Shown here one piece after another: positions 1-13,600 of a DNA stretch of 64,000 bases. The stretch is taken from the NCBI RefSeq assembly GCF_964355755.1, contig NC_092673.1:2046001-2110000 (forward strand), given 5' to 3'. The stretch is from Antedon mediterranea (lineage: Eukaryota; Animalia; Echinodermata). Within the stretch, counting starts at the first letter, position 1. Every line of letters starts with the position of its first letter. Made by a program: the position numbers and the translations under genes. Below the pieces are notes generated by a model. That model worked only from the letters and a program-made list of their open reading frames with translations, did no database searches and was not told the DNA's origin.

Positions 1-968
1 ACTGTAGACCCAAAAAAGTCTGGGAAAAGAGTCTATTAGGACATGTCATGCTAAAATTACAAATCCCAAAGCATTTTTGGTATATTCACTGTCAGATATT
101 CATTGAATTATTATCGAAACAGTCCATTAAAGTTTGTGTTTGTAATAGGATACTTCACACTTGAAATATCTAGGGTGATGAAGTGACCCCCAGACTTGAC
201 AACAATCAAATTAACTAAAGTGACTAAAATTGAGTATTCACTTCTGTAACAAAAAAATAATATTTATTCACATATAAAAAGAGAAAAGAAACCCCAAAAC
301 CATTGTCTGACAGACAATTTAAGTATTTGTTGCTTTAAATTACAATTTTTTTTCAGGTAAAATAACTATTATGTGACAATAAAATGACACATTCAAAAAC
401 ATTTGAACTAAAAAATATTTTTCAATAAGCGAGCAGCGTTTTTTGTAAGAAATATTTCTTGTTAATATACAGTATATACCATTAAGCATATATTATTCCT
501 TAGTGTAAGTCTTAATGTGAATTATATTTGTCCATTAACCCATTTTATGATTTTGGGTACATGATAAATTGATACATATACTCATGCATTAACAACTTGA
601 TAGCTTTTTCTTTTTATCATTTAAACATGACTATACATGGGTGTATAATTACCTTACTTTCTGTTTGTCGTCATCGGTTACCAGTGTTTCATGATTACCG
701 CTTTAATGTTTACATTAAAATATCATACTTGGTGTAACATGATGAATGTTTTCCTGTGTTTTAGTAGAGCTAATTTTAGTACAGTACATGCCTAACGATT
801 CACTTTCAAAATAATTTAAAGAATAAAGATGCAGTAAACCGTTGTAATGTTTGTTTGAAGTTTATACATGCTAGTTTATATTTGTAATAACAAATACATT
901 AATCAATAAAATGAGATTGGAAACAATTTTATTTTGTTGATGTTTATTTACGAGGGTGATCCATTCAG

Positions 969-1548
969 TTTAAACTTTGAGTAAATATTGCAAAACTTAG
1001 AATTTCAAAACAAACATTAAAACTTTAAATTTGTAACTATAGAAAGAAGAGTTCCATAGTTTTTTATTGCTAGAGACAAGGTTGTTTGATTTACATGGTA
1101 ATGATAGAGTGAGAGAACATAGAAAATTCAATCGTGAAAAAATGTTCCTATTTTACACCTTTTATTATTAATAATATGTTGTTCTGATCGCACTTACAGT
1201 AATGCTTAAAGCCTTTAAGCGCTTTACATTATTACCCCCGGTCATTAAAGCTAGTAATCAGTGCAGTTGTGTTTTGACCTTACTAGGTACCCATTTGTAC
1301 ACCTGGGTGGCGAAAGACAAACATAAGTGTCTTGCCTAAGAACACAAGCAATGGAACGCCCATTATACCGATCACAAGTTCTGCGCGTCATGCTCTCACT
1401 CTATCATTACCATGTAAATCAAACAACCTTGTCTCTAGCAATAAAAAACTATGGAACACGTCTTTCTATCGTTACAAATTTAAAGTTTTAACGTTTGTTT
1501 TGAAATTCTTACATTCATACGTTTTGCAATATTTACTCAAAGTTTAAA
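969..1548. repeat. ~150-bp long inverted repeat (arms ~969-1115 and ~1392-1548) enclosing a SINE fragment
   Basis: The left arm (tttaaactttgagtaaatattgcaaaac...gatttacatggtaatgatagagtgagag) is the reverse complement of the right arm (ctctcactctatcattaccatgtaaatc...gttttgcaatatttactcaaagtttaaa), with a few substitutions and indels. Confidence 0.85.
1165..1350 (-). mobile_element. SINE fragment (core plus 3' tail), related to the copy at 2738
   Basis: The reverse complement contains ccacccaggtgtacaaatgggtacc and gggggtaataatgtaaagcgctt, matching the core and tail of the 2738-3025 copy. Confidence 0.6.
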
Positions 1549-2737
1549 TTGTGTAATGCAAAGGTTTTCATATTTAAGTTAACATAATGTACATATAAAT
1601 ACAAAACATGAATCAATCAAATAGGTGAACAATTTGAATACTTAAGCTTGATCTCTGGCACAAATAATTATTCATTTATGCATTAAATTGTTCCTCTGTG
1701 TGGGCCCTTGATTGTATACACTTTATAGCATTCGTTATGTTGATATAATTTACTGTAGTATGCTTTGTGTTAATTATACTAAACAAAATGTAATTGGTTG
1801 GATGAAGTTTATACGTCAAACAAGTATTAACCAAGCTTAGGGATATGTCTGAAACTTGTACTTATGTTATGAAAGATGACAATTGGTCAGAAAGGATTTA
1901 CTTTGATTTGATAGATTATTTTGTTTGTGTGAAATTTTTATACAGATGTAATGTCCCCAAATCATGCTATTTTCATGCTTGTATCGCCTACTATTTGCAT
2001 GCCATGTTTGACACCCCAGTTAGTTATCCCCAGTTGTCAATACAAGATAATAATAATAAATAGTAATGTCCCCCAAATCATGAAAAATAAAGATTTTTTT
2101 TTATTTATTTTTTATTTGAACAATATTTAATGAGGATGATCCATCCAGCATCAGCTGATCATTAGGGACCCTCAAACAATACAAACAGTAAATACAAAAT
2201 AAACTATAAAAACACAAAATTAACAAAGATATAAATATAAAAATACATTATGTGAATAAAATTAAACTTTGAATAGGCCTTAGTTATTAATTTCTGGCAA
2301 AAAACTGCACAAGAATATGGATTTCTCTTATAAAAAATTCAATCTTTAGAATTGTATTAATGAACTATAATGTTATCATTTACCTATTCAAATTAATGGT
2401 TTGATATTAATTATCCAAACAAGTGATGCATGTTATTTGTCTTATATTCTTATATATGTATTCTTGTATGACAATAAATTATCTGTCTAGTTCTGAAGAC
2501 TTTAAATGTCATTATGCATATGTCATAGAAAATGTCATTATGCATATGTCATAGAAAATGGCATTTTGACAGCATGAAATAATTGTTAAATGTACAATGT
2601 TTTTTATTTGTGTGTGAATAATTCCTTAAAATTCCTTTAAAGATACATCCTTTCATAAACCTTTCAATGTCACATACACTAACAAGGTTTCATACTATTA
2701 TGATTTTTCTTCTAAAACCATTAATACGGGTATATGA

Positions 2738-3025
2738 GGGCGTGTAGTGCAGTGTGTTGGACGTTCGACTACTGATTGTGAGATCAAGGTTCGAATCCAA
2801 CTCTCGCTGCATTGCAAGATACTTTCTTAGTTTGCCTCTCTCCACCCAGGTGTATAAATGGTATCCGGGTTAGATCAAGTCACAACCTTGTGCTGATTGC
2901 TAGCTGCATTATGGGAGTATGTTTCCATACATGTTTGATCCAAAATGACTGGGGTAGTAATGTTCAGCGCTTAGAGGTTTCACAACATTAGGCAGTATAT
3001 AAATCCAGGATAGTATTATATATTA
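2738..3025 (+). mobile_element. tRNA-derived SINE with conserved central core and LINE-like 3' tail
   Basis: tRNA-like head with a B-box (ggttcgaatcc at ~2789). Central core ctccacccaggtgtataaatgg resembles Deu/Nin-type SINE cores. The tail cagcgcttagag...tatataaat ends in an AT-rich microsatellite. Confidence 0.7.
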
Positions 3026-3278
3026 TATGGTTGGGCCGGAGTACTCTGGTTGCATTGATGGATTTATTTAGTCTTGTGTTCAAGGGGTTACAACTCAAAT
3101 TGTATTCTTGAATATCATTCAGCTATACTGTATAACATGAAATATAAGAATTATTAACTGTCTATTATCGTAGTTTAAATCAGATTATAAGCATAAAAAA
3201 CTGTATTAATAAACAAAAATTAATCTGTATGTATCTAATAATTTGCATGGCTCAAATAGCAATGGTGCTTATCGCATA

Positions 3279-3428
3279 TAAAGCTCTGTCTACACTATCA
3301 AAAATGTTATGTGCTCAAATATGATAGTGATATGCCCAAAGATGGTAGTGATATTCCCAAAGATGGTAGTGATATGGACACATCACTTTTTGTTGTCACA
3401 TAAAGTTTGATAGTGTAGACATAGCTTT
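3279..3428. mobile_element. MITE family A (PIF/Harbinger-like), copy 1
   Basis: TIRs agctctgtctacactatcaaa / tttgatagtgtagacatagct and internal 21-bp repeats. Other copies lie at 4345, 31132, 31495, 35811 and 38286. Confidence 0.85.
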
Positions 3429-3906
3429 TGATGAACATTAAGATAACTTAAGTAAACTTTAGCATTCTGTATGAACTAGCAGTAGGACAATTATTAATCT
3501 CCTTTGATAGTGGAATCATAAGCTATACCTCTAGACAGCTCAAAATTACCTAGTCGACGTGATTATTTAGACGTTAAAGTATAATGGTTTTAAATTTTGA
3601 CATAAATTATTACTAGTAGATTGAGAAAGAATGATTTCAGATATAATGTTCTTCTACAAGATGTTACAACATAAACAGACTAGCTACTGGCAATAATCAC
3701 ATTTAAAAGGTTACACTGCTTGAAAAAAACTAAAATGCTATCAAAAGTCGAAAGAGAATACAATAAATGAGAAATAATATTAATCATAAATTACAATGAA
3801 ATCGAACAATAAATTATAAAAAGAAGATGTAAATGTCAACGTGGTATTCAACACAAAGTCTGTCATATCACTTTTTAAAATTTATCTTTATGATCAGTTT
3901 TACCAT

Positions 3907-4315
3907 TACCGTACTGACGCGGGTATAAGCCCACCCCCCTCGAACATGAAATCACGTCAAGTTTGGGGGTGGGCTTATACCCGAGGATCCAAAAATGCAG
4001 ATCGTCAAAAACAGCACATGTACACTGTGTATTCCACCATGCGAGCGAGCGCCCTCAAGTGTACGACGTTGCCTCTAAAATACACGAGGTGTAGAGTGTC
4101 TGAAAATTAAGCTTATAGTTCGTGTAATTTATCGTAGAATATCTTATTTTAAACATCAATTTAACAAGAATTTATCAAGCAGAAAAGCAATTAATGGGTG
4201 GGCTTATACCCGAGTGCCTCATTTTTCATGAAAATTAGTCAAAAGTCGGGGGTGGGCTTATACCCGAGTATGGGCTTATACCCGAGTATGGGCTTATACC
4301 CGCGTCAGTACGGTA
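3907..4315. mobile_element. Tc1/mariner(pogo)-like non-autonomous element
   Basis: Perfect TIRs TA-ccgtactgacgcgggtataagccca ... tgggcttatacccgcgtcagtacgg-TA with TA flanks. Several internal gggcttatacccg motifs are candidate transposase-binding repeats. Confidence 0.85.
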
Positions 4316-4344
4316 TTTAAATGTACCCACTGTCTGTCCACTAT

Positions 4345-4485
4345 TAAAGCTCTGTCCACACTATCATACCTTATGTAACAACATGTGATGTGCCCATATT
4401 GTCATGGTGATGTCATAACACTACCATATTTGGGCACGACAAACTTTTTTTGACAAACTAGTTTGATAATGTAGACAGAGCTTTA
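4345..4485. mobile_element. MITE family A, copy 2 (opposite orientation)
   Basis: taaagctctgtccacactatc ... gataatgtagacagagcttta. Confidence 0.8.
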
Positions 4486-4638
4486 GGAGATAGGGAATTG
4501 TCTCATGATATAATCATGGTAGATGCTACACTGTTATTGCCATGAACTGAAAAACCTTATTTAAATTTTTTTTTTCAATTTAAATCCATTTATCAAAATT
4601 AAATTCTGCAATTTATTTTTAATAAATTTTCGTTTCAG

Positions 4639-7600
4639 GGTGTTAATTTTTGTGGTGCCGATCTTACCAGACTTGACCTACGATTTGTTAATTTTAAGTT
4701 AGCTAACTTAAGTGGAGCAAATTTATCCGGTGCAGATATGTCATTTTGTTCATTAGAGCGAGCTAATCTAGCAGGAGCCATTATGGATGTAAGTTCAGTT
4801 TGTGCATTAATGTTATTAATGTTGTGCATTAATGTTATTGCAAACTTTAAGTAGTAGTAGTAGTATATTATATAACAACTGACATACAGGTATAGTGTCT
4901 TCCTCTTGTACTGTCATAGAACAGGAATTTTAGCTATTAAGGCCAACACAGACAGCGTCGTAATACGAGTCGTCTCATCGGGTGAAAATTAAACTTGTTA
5001 AAATTGTTTAATGTTCTTCACAAACTAAAAATCAATCGATGATATCTTGTGACGTATCGTCTTGGACAGCACCGACGAGTCAAGTCCAGACAAGGCCTTT
5101 TTTTTGGACCTCATCATACGCCGCTGTCTGAGTTGTACTTTGCGTATCTAATACTAATGAAAGTTAACAAATAAACGGCTAACAGTATCTAATACTGTTA
5201 GCCATTTATTTTTTTAATTTTATTTGATTGTGTAAGAGCTTTTTGTAGATTTGTCAGATGTTCAACCAACTCTGACATTAGAAAACTTTTCAATTCACAA
5301 TCACTGACCAAAATATGTTATGTTAGTTCATTGTGCGCATACTGGAATATTGGGGCATGTGTCACCTCCTTACCTTGATGCAGGGTTGATGATTTCTAGG
5401 TCCAGACGACGACCGACGACACATCGATTGACCTGAACTAAGTCGTTTGTCGCAAATCAAAAGCTCCTTATTGTTCCATCTGAGAACATTTTGGCAATTG
5501 ATTCAGGTGACTTTAACAAATTCACTTTGAATCTAATTTTGAAATTATGAATAGTTGTGTGCTTGTGAATGTCCAAATCAAATTCTTTTTATAAATAAGT
5601 TTCATAAAACAGTTTCATTTATTATACAAAACTAGTAGGATCTAATTTGTTTTTTACAGGGAGCAAACCTACAGGGTGTGAAGATGGTTCTTGCCAACTT
5701 AGAGGGCGCATCGTTACGAGGCTGTAATTTTGAGGATCCTTGTGGAGCCAAAACAAATATGGAAGGCAAGTATTATCACTCACTTACTCACTCTTCTAAA
5801 ATGTTCTTGTTATTTTGATGATGAACTCTTTTAAAAATCAGTATTATATATAAATCAATGTACAAAATTGCAGACATTATTTTAAATTTCATTTCTTTAA
5901 TGATGATATCTTTTAACAATTATCTGATTGTCCCAAATTTTAAATAAATAACAGATTGAATTGCAAAAAAAACTAAAAAGGTGTTTTTTAATTCTTTGTT
6001 TCTGTACTGTAACTTGTAACAACAAAAGAACATTTTTAAATGAATAGTTTTACATTACAGCATATGGCGCCATAGATTGTGTATTGTAGAAGTAACTTTA
6101 CCACTAGAAGCAAAACACATTAAAAAATCAATTGCCCCTCCTGTGAATACTCTTGATTAAATTAAACATTTTAAATCAATAATATTTTAAATGTTAATTA
6201 TGCTTTCCAAACATAACTACATGCCCCATCGCTATATCAAAGAATATTAACTTGTTTTTTTGAGTGAACAACATAGCTTAAAAGCTTAACGCTATTTCTG
6301 GTTCACCTGCGTGATCTGAAACTAACCACTTGGTCAATTATATATACCAGCTTCCTCAATCCACAATAGCTTGTTAAATTGATGACATGTTAAATTGATT
6401 GATTCCCTATACTGCCTGTAGCTTATTTATTTATTTCACCATGGATTTTTTTACATTTCGTATTTTATTTCTCTTACATCTAGCATTTTCAATTTTTTGG
6501 GGAGTTTTTTTCAGTTTTTGCAAGATGTCTAAATTTGGCGATTTTGTTTTTCAGAAAAATTTGCACTGTTTAATAACCTCATAACAGAGTAGGCCTACTA
6601 GTACACATTTATATATTATATTTATTTATAAATTATATATACATAATATTTGGCGAATATAAACACATATTGAAAGTGAAAAATACTCTATTTTTTTTAG
6701 ATATTCCATCCAATTAGATATATAAATTTTATGTTTAATAAACATGACCAAATTTGTATAAACTAAACAGTGTATTCCACTACACAAACTTTCAGATTTC
6801 ACAAACTAGACACAATTAACCTTATATATACACTGAATGATTTTGTATCGTCTACGGAATTAGCTAAATTGTGTCAATAAACTTTTAATTAAACGCCACT
6901 CTTTACGGCCGATCTGATTAACTGCATGTTTATTTTACCGCTTTAGCTACATGAGTACTTTAGACTTCTAATGTACTCTAGCTTTATGTGATTAATTTTT
7001 TTTTCCTCGAAGTTGACATTTAAATGTTGCATGCATACCTTAGATTTAGAGCCATTGTATATCTTTCCAAAGTATAATATTACTGTATATTGGTCAGATC
7101 ATAGAGAAATCCTAACTTATTTTTTCATAGTCAGATGTTTGTCCTCCCTAACGAAATAATAATTAGGTTTCATATTGAAAATTGAAAACAACAGCTAGAT
7201 ATCATAGTACGTACTTAGTTACTTACTTACCGTACATAAGTTTCTTGTTTCTTGTTTAAGATGTATTGTCCCTTTGACTAATTCCCAAAAAATAAAAAAT
7301 AACAGATTTCGAAAAAAGGTGGGTCATTTTGAAGTATCATAATAGTTATTAACTATCACCAAAAATTTTTTGGAAAAAAAAAAAATTTAACTGAAATACA
7401 GACGTTTTTTTGTTAAAAAAATAACTTTGACTTCCAGTCAAAGTTTTCAATCAAAACATATACCATAATGAAACGCGCTTGTTTGGCTACTCTGTATGCA
7501 TAATCATAAAACTTCCTCATGATCTGTGTCAAAATACCTTCTTAACCGTGACGACTTGTAAACAATCCTAATTTAGCATATGGGTGTTTCCATAAATTAA

Positions 7601-10600
7601 TAATGCGTACTCATGGTTTGAAATCTTTGTTTACTTTCGCTCGTGACGATTTTCCAGATGAAATGTAATCAAACTAATTTACCTGTTAATTACGTAAACT
7701 TGTTGTTTTTGGCTCAAATTTTCGACTAAAAGTGAATAACTTTAATATTACTTTGATATGGCCACTTTAAATTTAGAATATTTTGACCTTCATTTTTTTG
7801 TGTTTAAAGAGACAATACATCTTTAACTTTATCCAATCAATAGTAATATTTGTTTAGTGATAATATTGATAACCACAATAACTTGTATAGTATAGTGATA
7901 TAAAAAAATGGAAAACAATTTTTTGTCACATATATACAGTGATTATTCAAAGTAATGGTATAAAAAAAAATAGAATAATGATTGTTTATAAATACAACCA
8001 ATTAACAATGAAAAATAACACTATTAATAGTATTGAAACATTTGTAAAAAATACCAAAGTTGAATAATACAATACTGAATAAATACAATGTTTCATTAAA
8101 GGTCTACAATCAATGAAAAAGATGAATACATATACAGTAATATTGTATAAAAAATAGCAGATAGTGTTTAAAAAGATTATATTAACAAAGGATGGTTATA
8201 AGCAAAAGTTATATATTGATTGATTGAATCAGGCAGCACTATAAGCCAGGCTTTAAAATGTGAAGTCCTATGTCATAAAAAAAATTTACAATAATAACAA
8301 TAAGTAAATGTATGTATATATCAATAACACATGAGGTAATGTCATGAGTCGTTATGGAGACAATAAGCAATAATCATAAATGACGGTAATAAAAAAGCTT
8401 AAAGACCCCTTCCTTGCAATTTTGGACGTTTTTTGGAAAATAATACATATATATCACTTTAAAAACATTAAACCATGTCATTCCTTGTCTTAAATGTACG
8501 TTTTATGGTAAATTATGATAAAAAGTGAGAAACAATGCACTAACTAAGTAGCTCACGGCGACTGACCTCTTGTGGACGGTCTTAGGCCTAGCCTAGCTAG
8601 GCTTAGTTTTGTAGGCCTAGCTGGTAAACATCGGTAACGTACGAACATCGTATGCTAGCTATATACCTAGCCTGACGTTGTATAGTTGCTGCATTAATTG
8701 TCTTTCTATTTTTGCCAGACTCCGTTGATACAAATTGGGGAAACCCGGTAAAAAGTTATGAGTCTTCCATTTGTTTTGGCCTCACGATCGATCGAAAAGT
8801 GGGCGAATTACAGGTGAAAAACAAAAATATCAATCCGCGCGCAATGCATTTTGGGATTTATAGCGGGGCGCTATAATTATTAGAATCGACTTATTTTTCA
8901 CATTTTTAACCGTTTAAAGACGAAAAAAGTTATCGCAATAGGACCATATAGTATTATTTTTACATTAAATATAGTTTGTGATCTTAAATTAGATCTAAAA
9001 AACGTAGGGAAGGGGGCTTTAACATTATAATATTAATTTACTTAAGTACTTATACCTTATACTTACCTTACTTGCCTACCCTTACTTACTTACATACATA
9101 ACTTATACTTACCACACTTACCTACCCTTACTTACTTACCTACTCTTACTTACTTACATACATAACATATACTTACCAAACTTACCTACCCTTACTTACT
9201 TACCTACCCTTACTTACTTACCTACCCTTACTTACTTACATACATAACTTATACTTACCACACTTGCCTACCCTTACTTACTTACCTACCCTTACTTACT
9301 TACCTACCTTTACTTACTTACCTACCCTTACTTACTTACTTTCATACATACATAACTTATACTTACCTTACTTACCTACCCTTACTTACTTACCTACCCT
9401 TACTTACTTACATACATAACTTATACTTACCACACTTACCTACCCTTACTTACTTACCTACCCTTACTTACTTACATACATAACTTATACTTACCACACT
9501 TACCTACCCTTACTTACTTACCTACTCTTACTTACTTACATACATAACATATACTTACCACACTTACCTACCCTTACTTACTTACCTACCTTTACTTACT
9601 TACCTACCCTTACTTACTTACATACATAACTTATACTTACCACACTTACCTACCCTTACTTACTTACTTAGCTACACTTACTTACCTTACATACTAACTT
9701 ACCATACTTAAAGTACCTTACTTACACCAAAGAATGTTACCATAAATTATCAGTAAAAAATAAGTGTAATTTGTGTAAGAGCAGAATATTATAATAAAAC
9801 AATTTATATTTATTGTAATAATATTTTATCCCATTAAATGAGAGACCTAGTCAATTTTTGTTTATAAACATTGAAAACATCATCAGTAGCTATGAGGGGG
9901 GATATTGACATGTTTTGCCCACAGCAGTACATCTAGTTAAAATCGTTAAGATGCTTTTACACACAGCAGCTGCTTGATCAGAATTTATTTTAAAATGCCT
10001 GGATGTTGATTAAAGCAGTACATTATGAAGCGATTATGCAATATTATTAAATACCAATAGAATAAGTTACCTAATGCAAGTATACTGTTGTAGAGAAATG
10101 TGTAACATTTGATGCTATTTTTAGTTTGTTGTATCTTTTGTTTATATATGTTAATAATAATAAGAATACGAATTTGTAATGCGCCAATTCCAGCAGTAAG
10201 AGTTTTCTTGTTTTCAAAAACCAATTCAATTCATTTTCGAATGACCAGATAGTGTCAAACTATTTTTCATACATAAAAACATTAATTGTGTACTTCTTTT
10301 TAAGGTGTAAACATGAAAGGGGTCGATCTTGAAAGTAGTCAGATGACTGGGGTTAATCTAAGAGTAGCAACGTTAAAAAATGCAAATCTTCATAACTGTA
10401 ATCTACGGGGTGCAGTATTAGCTGGGACTGATCTTGAGGTAAGACAGACATTTTCATAACTGTAGTCTACTGGGTGCAATCTTAGCTGGGACTGATCTTG
10501 AGGTAAGACAGACATTTTCATAACTGTAATCTACGGGGTGCAGTATTAGCTGGGACTGATCTTGAGGTAAGACAGACATTTTTTCATAACTGCAATATAC

Positions 10601-13600
10601 GGGGTGCAATATTAGCCAGGACTGATCTTGAGGTAAGACAGACATTTTCATAACTGTAATATATGGGGTGCAATGTTAGCCAGGTTTGATCTTGAGGTAA
10701 GACAGACATTTTCATAACTGTAATCTACTGGGTGCAATATTTGGTATATTATGATTCTAGTGGTTAAAGTAAAACATATGCCATGTTTCTAACAGTATTA
10801 AACATTAAGTCAATAATCATTGTTAAGTTAACTATTTGATATTGTGACAGAAGAATCTAATTTTAAAAGATAACAGTAATAGAGTTCAAACTTAAGTAAG
10901 TGCTTGCTTTTGGAAAAAAGAAATGTTAAAACGTTCTTTTAATGGATGTTTTCTAAGTATTGTATGATTTATGTGATTGCATCCGTATGTTGGTTATTAA
11001 GTTAAGTTAGTATCAGATAAATTTATTCAACTGCCTACAATTTCCCAACCTTTAGAGGTATAGTACTCGACCGCGACTTCAAGTTGAAGGAATCTAGGTT
11101 AGTTTGATAACCTAAACTTTTGAGTTTTCAATAAATACATAGTCTGAAATGTGAAATGAAATATGAATAGATAGATATAATTTTTCATATCATTCTTATA
11201 ACTGTAGTACAACATGCAGACAGAATAGACATATACTATTACATTTAATTCTTTCAACAGACGTCTTAGTAAATTCGTGACATTTCTATGTTAACAAATT
11301 AACTGAATCCTTTGAATAGACTATGTGGATTGGGATACATTGATCCAAAATTAGTGACAACGTCGGATTATGGTAATGGAAGTAACTAGTGTACGTAATG
11401 TCTACAACAGATAATGGGGATTTAATTATAACAATACAATTACACTTTATTTAAAATATGTTATTATTAATATTGTTTAACAAATAAACTTTATTCCAAG
11501 ATTAAATGTGTTTCCAAACTTTACATTTAATAATATTACGTAATTTCAAATCAAATCATATCAAACATTCTTTATTCATCATCAAAAACATGAAAAATAA
11601 AACAAAATAAAGGACAACTAAGGATGCATAGTCAGATGAAATCAGACTTTTAATAAACCATTTTGAAGTTTCAATAAAGTTAATCACTTCTGAAGAAAAA
11701 CCCCGGTTTTCACTTATAAAATGACAAAGTAAATGGTTAATTTCAACTACAATCCAACTTTTTGCTTTAAATTGTATTTTTTAAGTAAATAATTTTTTTT
11801 CCAATTTTTATTCAAAGTGAATAACTATTATGTTACAGGGAACAAAGTATTCAACAACAGAAATTTTTAAGGTCCTACACATCGTGAAACTATTAAAAGT
11901 ACATAAATGATATTGAAATTAATATTGTTTAATATAACATTGATATCATAACTCAATATAGGTCTTTGCACTGTAGCCTGTGATAGACATTATAAAAAAA
12001 ATATGTTTATAATACCAATATAATGATACACAAACTCCCATATGACTTTTGCCTGATGAATCAAGACGGAACGGATTCTACGAAATTGATATGGGATACC
12101 AAATCAATCAAACCTGTACTTTAAGATAGAAATTAAAAAACACGTACAAATGAAATGAGAAACACGCAGTGCTCATTAATATTATTGAGACATTGTACTT
12201 TTATGATCTCTAAAAGGCCTACAGTACAACTCCTCTCTATGAAATACACCATTATGAAATATCAATCAATAATAATTATTAATCTAGGGAAAGAGATTAA
12301 ACTATAAACTGAAAATAAAAGTGTAAGCAATATGAAATTCTGTAACCATGACAAAAAAAGTCCCTAAGTAGGACAACAAAAAGTTCCTAAAAATGACATT
12401 TTCACTTCATACTATCTATTGACTAACATCCTCTTAAACATGGGACAGCATTTTCCCTTGCAAATGGTTGTGATATATAAGGGTCTATTATGACTGGTGG
12501 ATCAAAGGTCAGGAAGGGGTTATTTAAATATAGTATAGTTTCTTTCTTTCCACATAGCAAAGATATGAATTCTGTATGTATTATAAATCCAAATGCAAAT
12601 TACTGAAAATAATGACAATGCTGTGGGTATCAATGGCTGGATCTCAATGGATATACAAAATAAAATAAGCAAAAAGCTAAATCAAAACGATAAAGTAAAA
12701 CAGTCAGAACAATTAGCAGAGCTTTCGGGCAACACTAGCCCTTTACAGTGCTACAATGTCATAAAAGTACAATCTTGTTGTTTGCTAATTTAATTAATTT
12801 GCCCTAAACAAAAATAATTATCAATATTTCTCTAAATGAGTCCCCCGCCTTGCATTATGTGTATTGACCTGTGTGGATCTAAGTACTAAACACACAGGTG
12901 ACGGCCTAGATGCAATTTCCTTGAAATTGTACGTCTATTTACCATAAATTAAATTATGTACAGAAGCCATAAGCAAATAATAATAGTTATTATGTCTGTT
13001 TAGACTTAAGTTTCTTAGAGGATATCGACCCAGTATAATCATAGATAATATTATATCGCTATGATTGGATCATAGTGGTAGACTAGACCCTTGTGATTGG
13101 ATATAGTGAAATTTATTTAAACGTTTAAAACCTCTGACGACGTTCACACTCTAACTGTATGTTTTTTAGATATTACTGTACATCAGTTTATTTTACTGGT
13201 TTTTCTCACATTCAGCGAATCGGTTCCTAAATTTTAAATGTGTGTTCAAATAAAATGTAATTAAAGAATTTTTACCACTGTTCAATTTAATTTCAGAACT
13301 TCTACCTTACAGAATGATGACCTTATTTTGCAAACGCTGTGTACACTGACGTTGTTTAATGCACTCATCCACAAATCTTAACTTGATTTATTTAATTCTC
13401 AAGATTTATCATTTGATTTATTATTTTAAAACCTGAATGAATTAAAGCGTGACTGATGCAAGTATCCATGTAACCTAGGCCGACTTACAGTTTTTTATAA
13501 AGCATGCTGAACATCTTCACTTACTAACATATAATTGATTCAACATATGTATAATTTATTACTTTTATGTATATATATATATATACTTTTTTTTCTGATA

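Noticed and set aside
2738-2810. Possible tRNA gene
   Set aside because: The cloverleaf is degenerate and continues into a SINE core and tail. Similar decayed heads lie at ~33530-33600, ~57820-57880 and ~58570-58635.
10454-10651. Repetitive minus-strand ORF
   Set aside because: Antisense reading of the 64-bp exon-derived tandem repeat.
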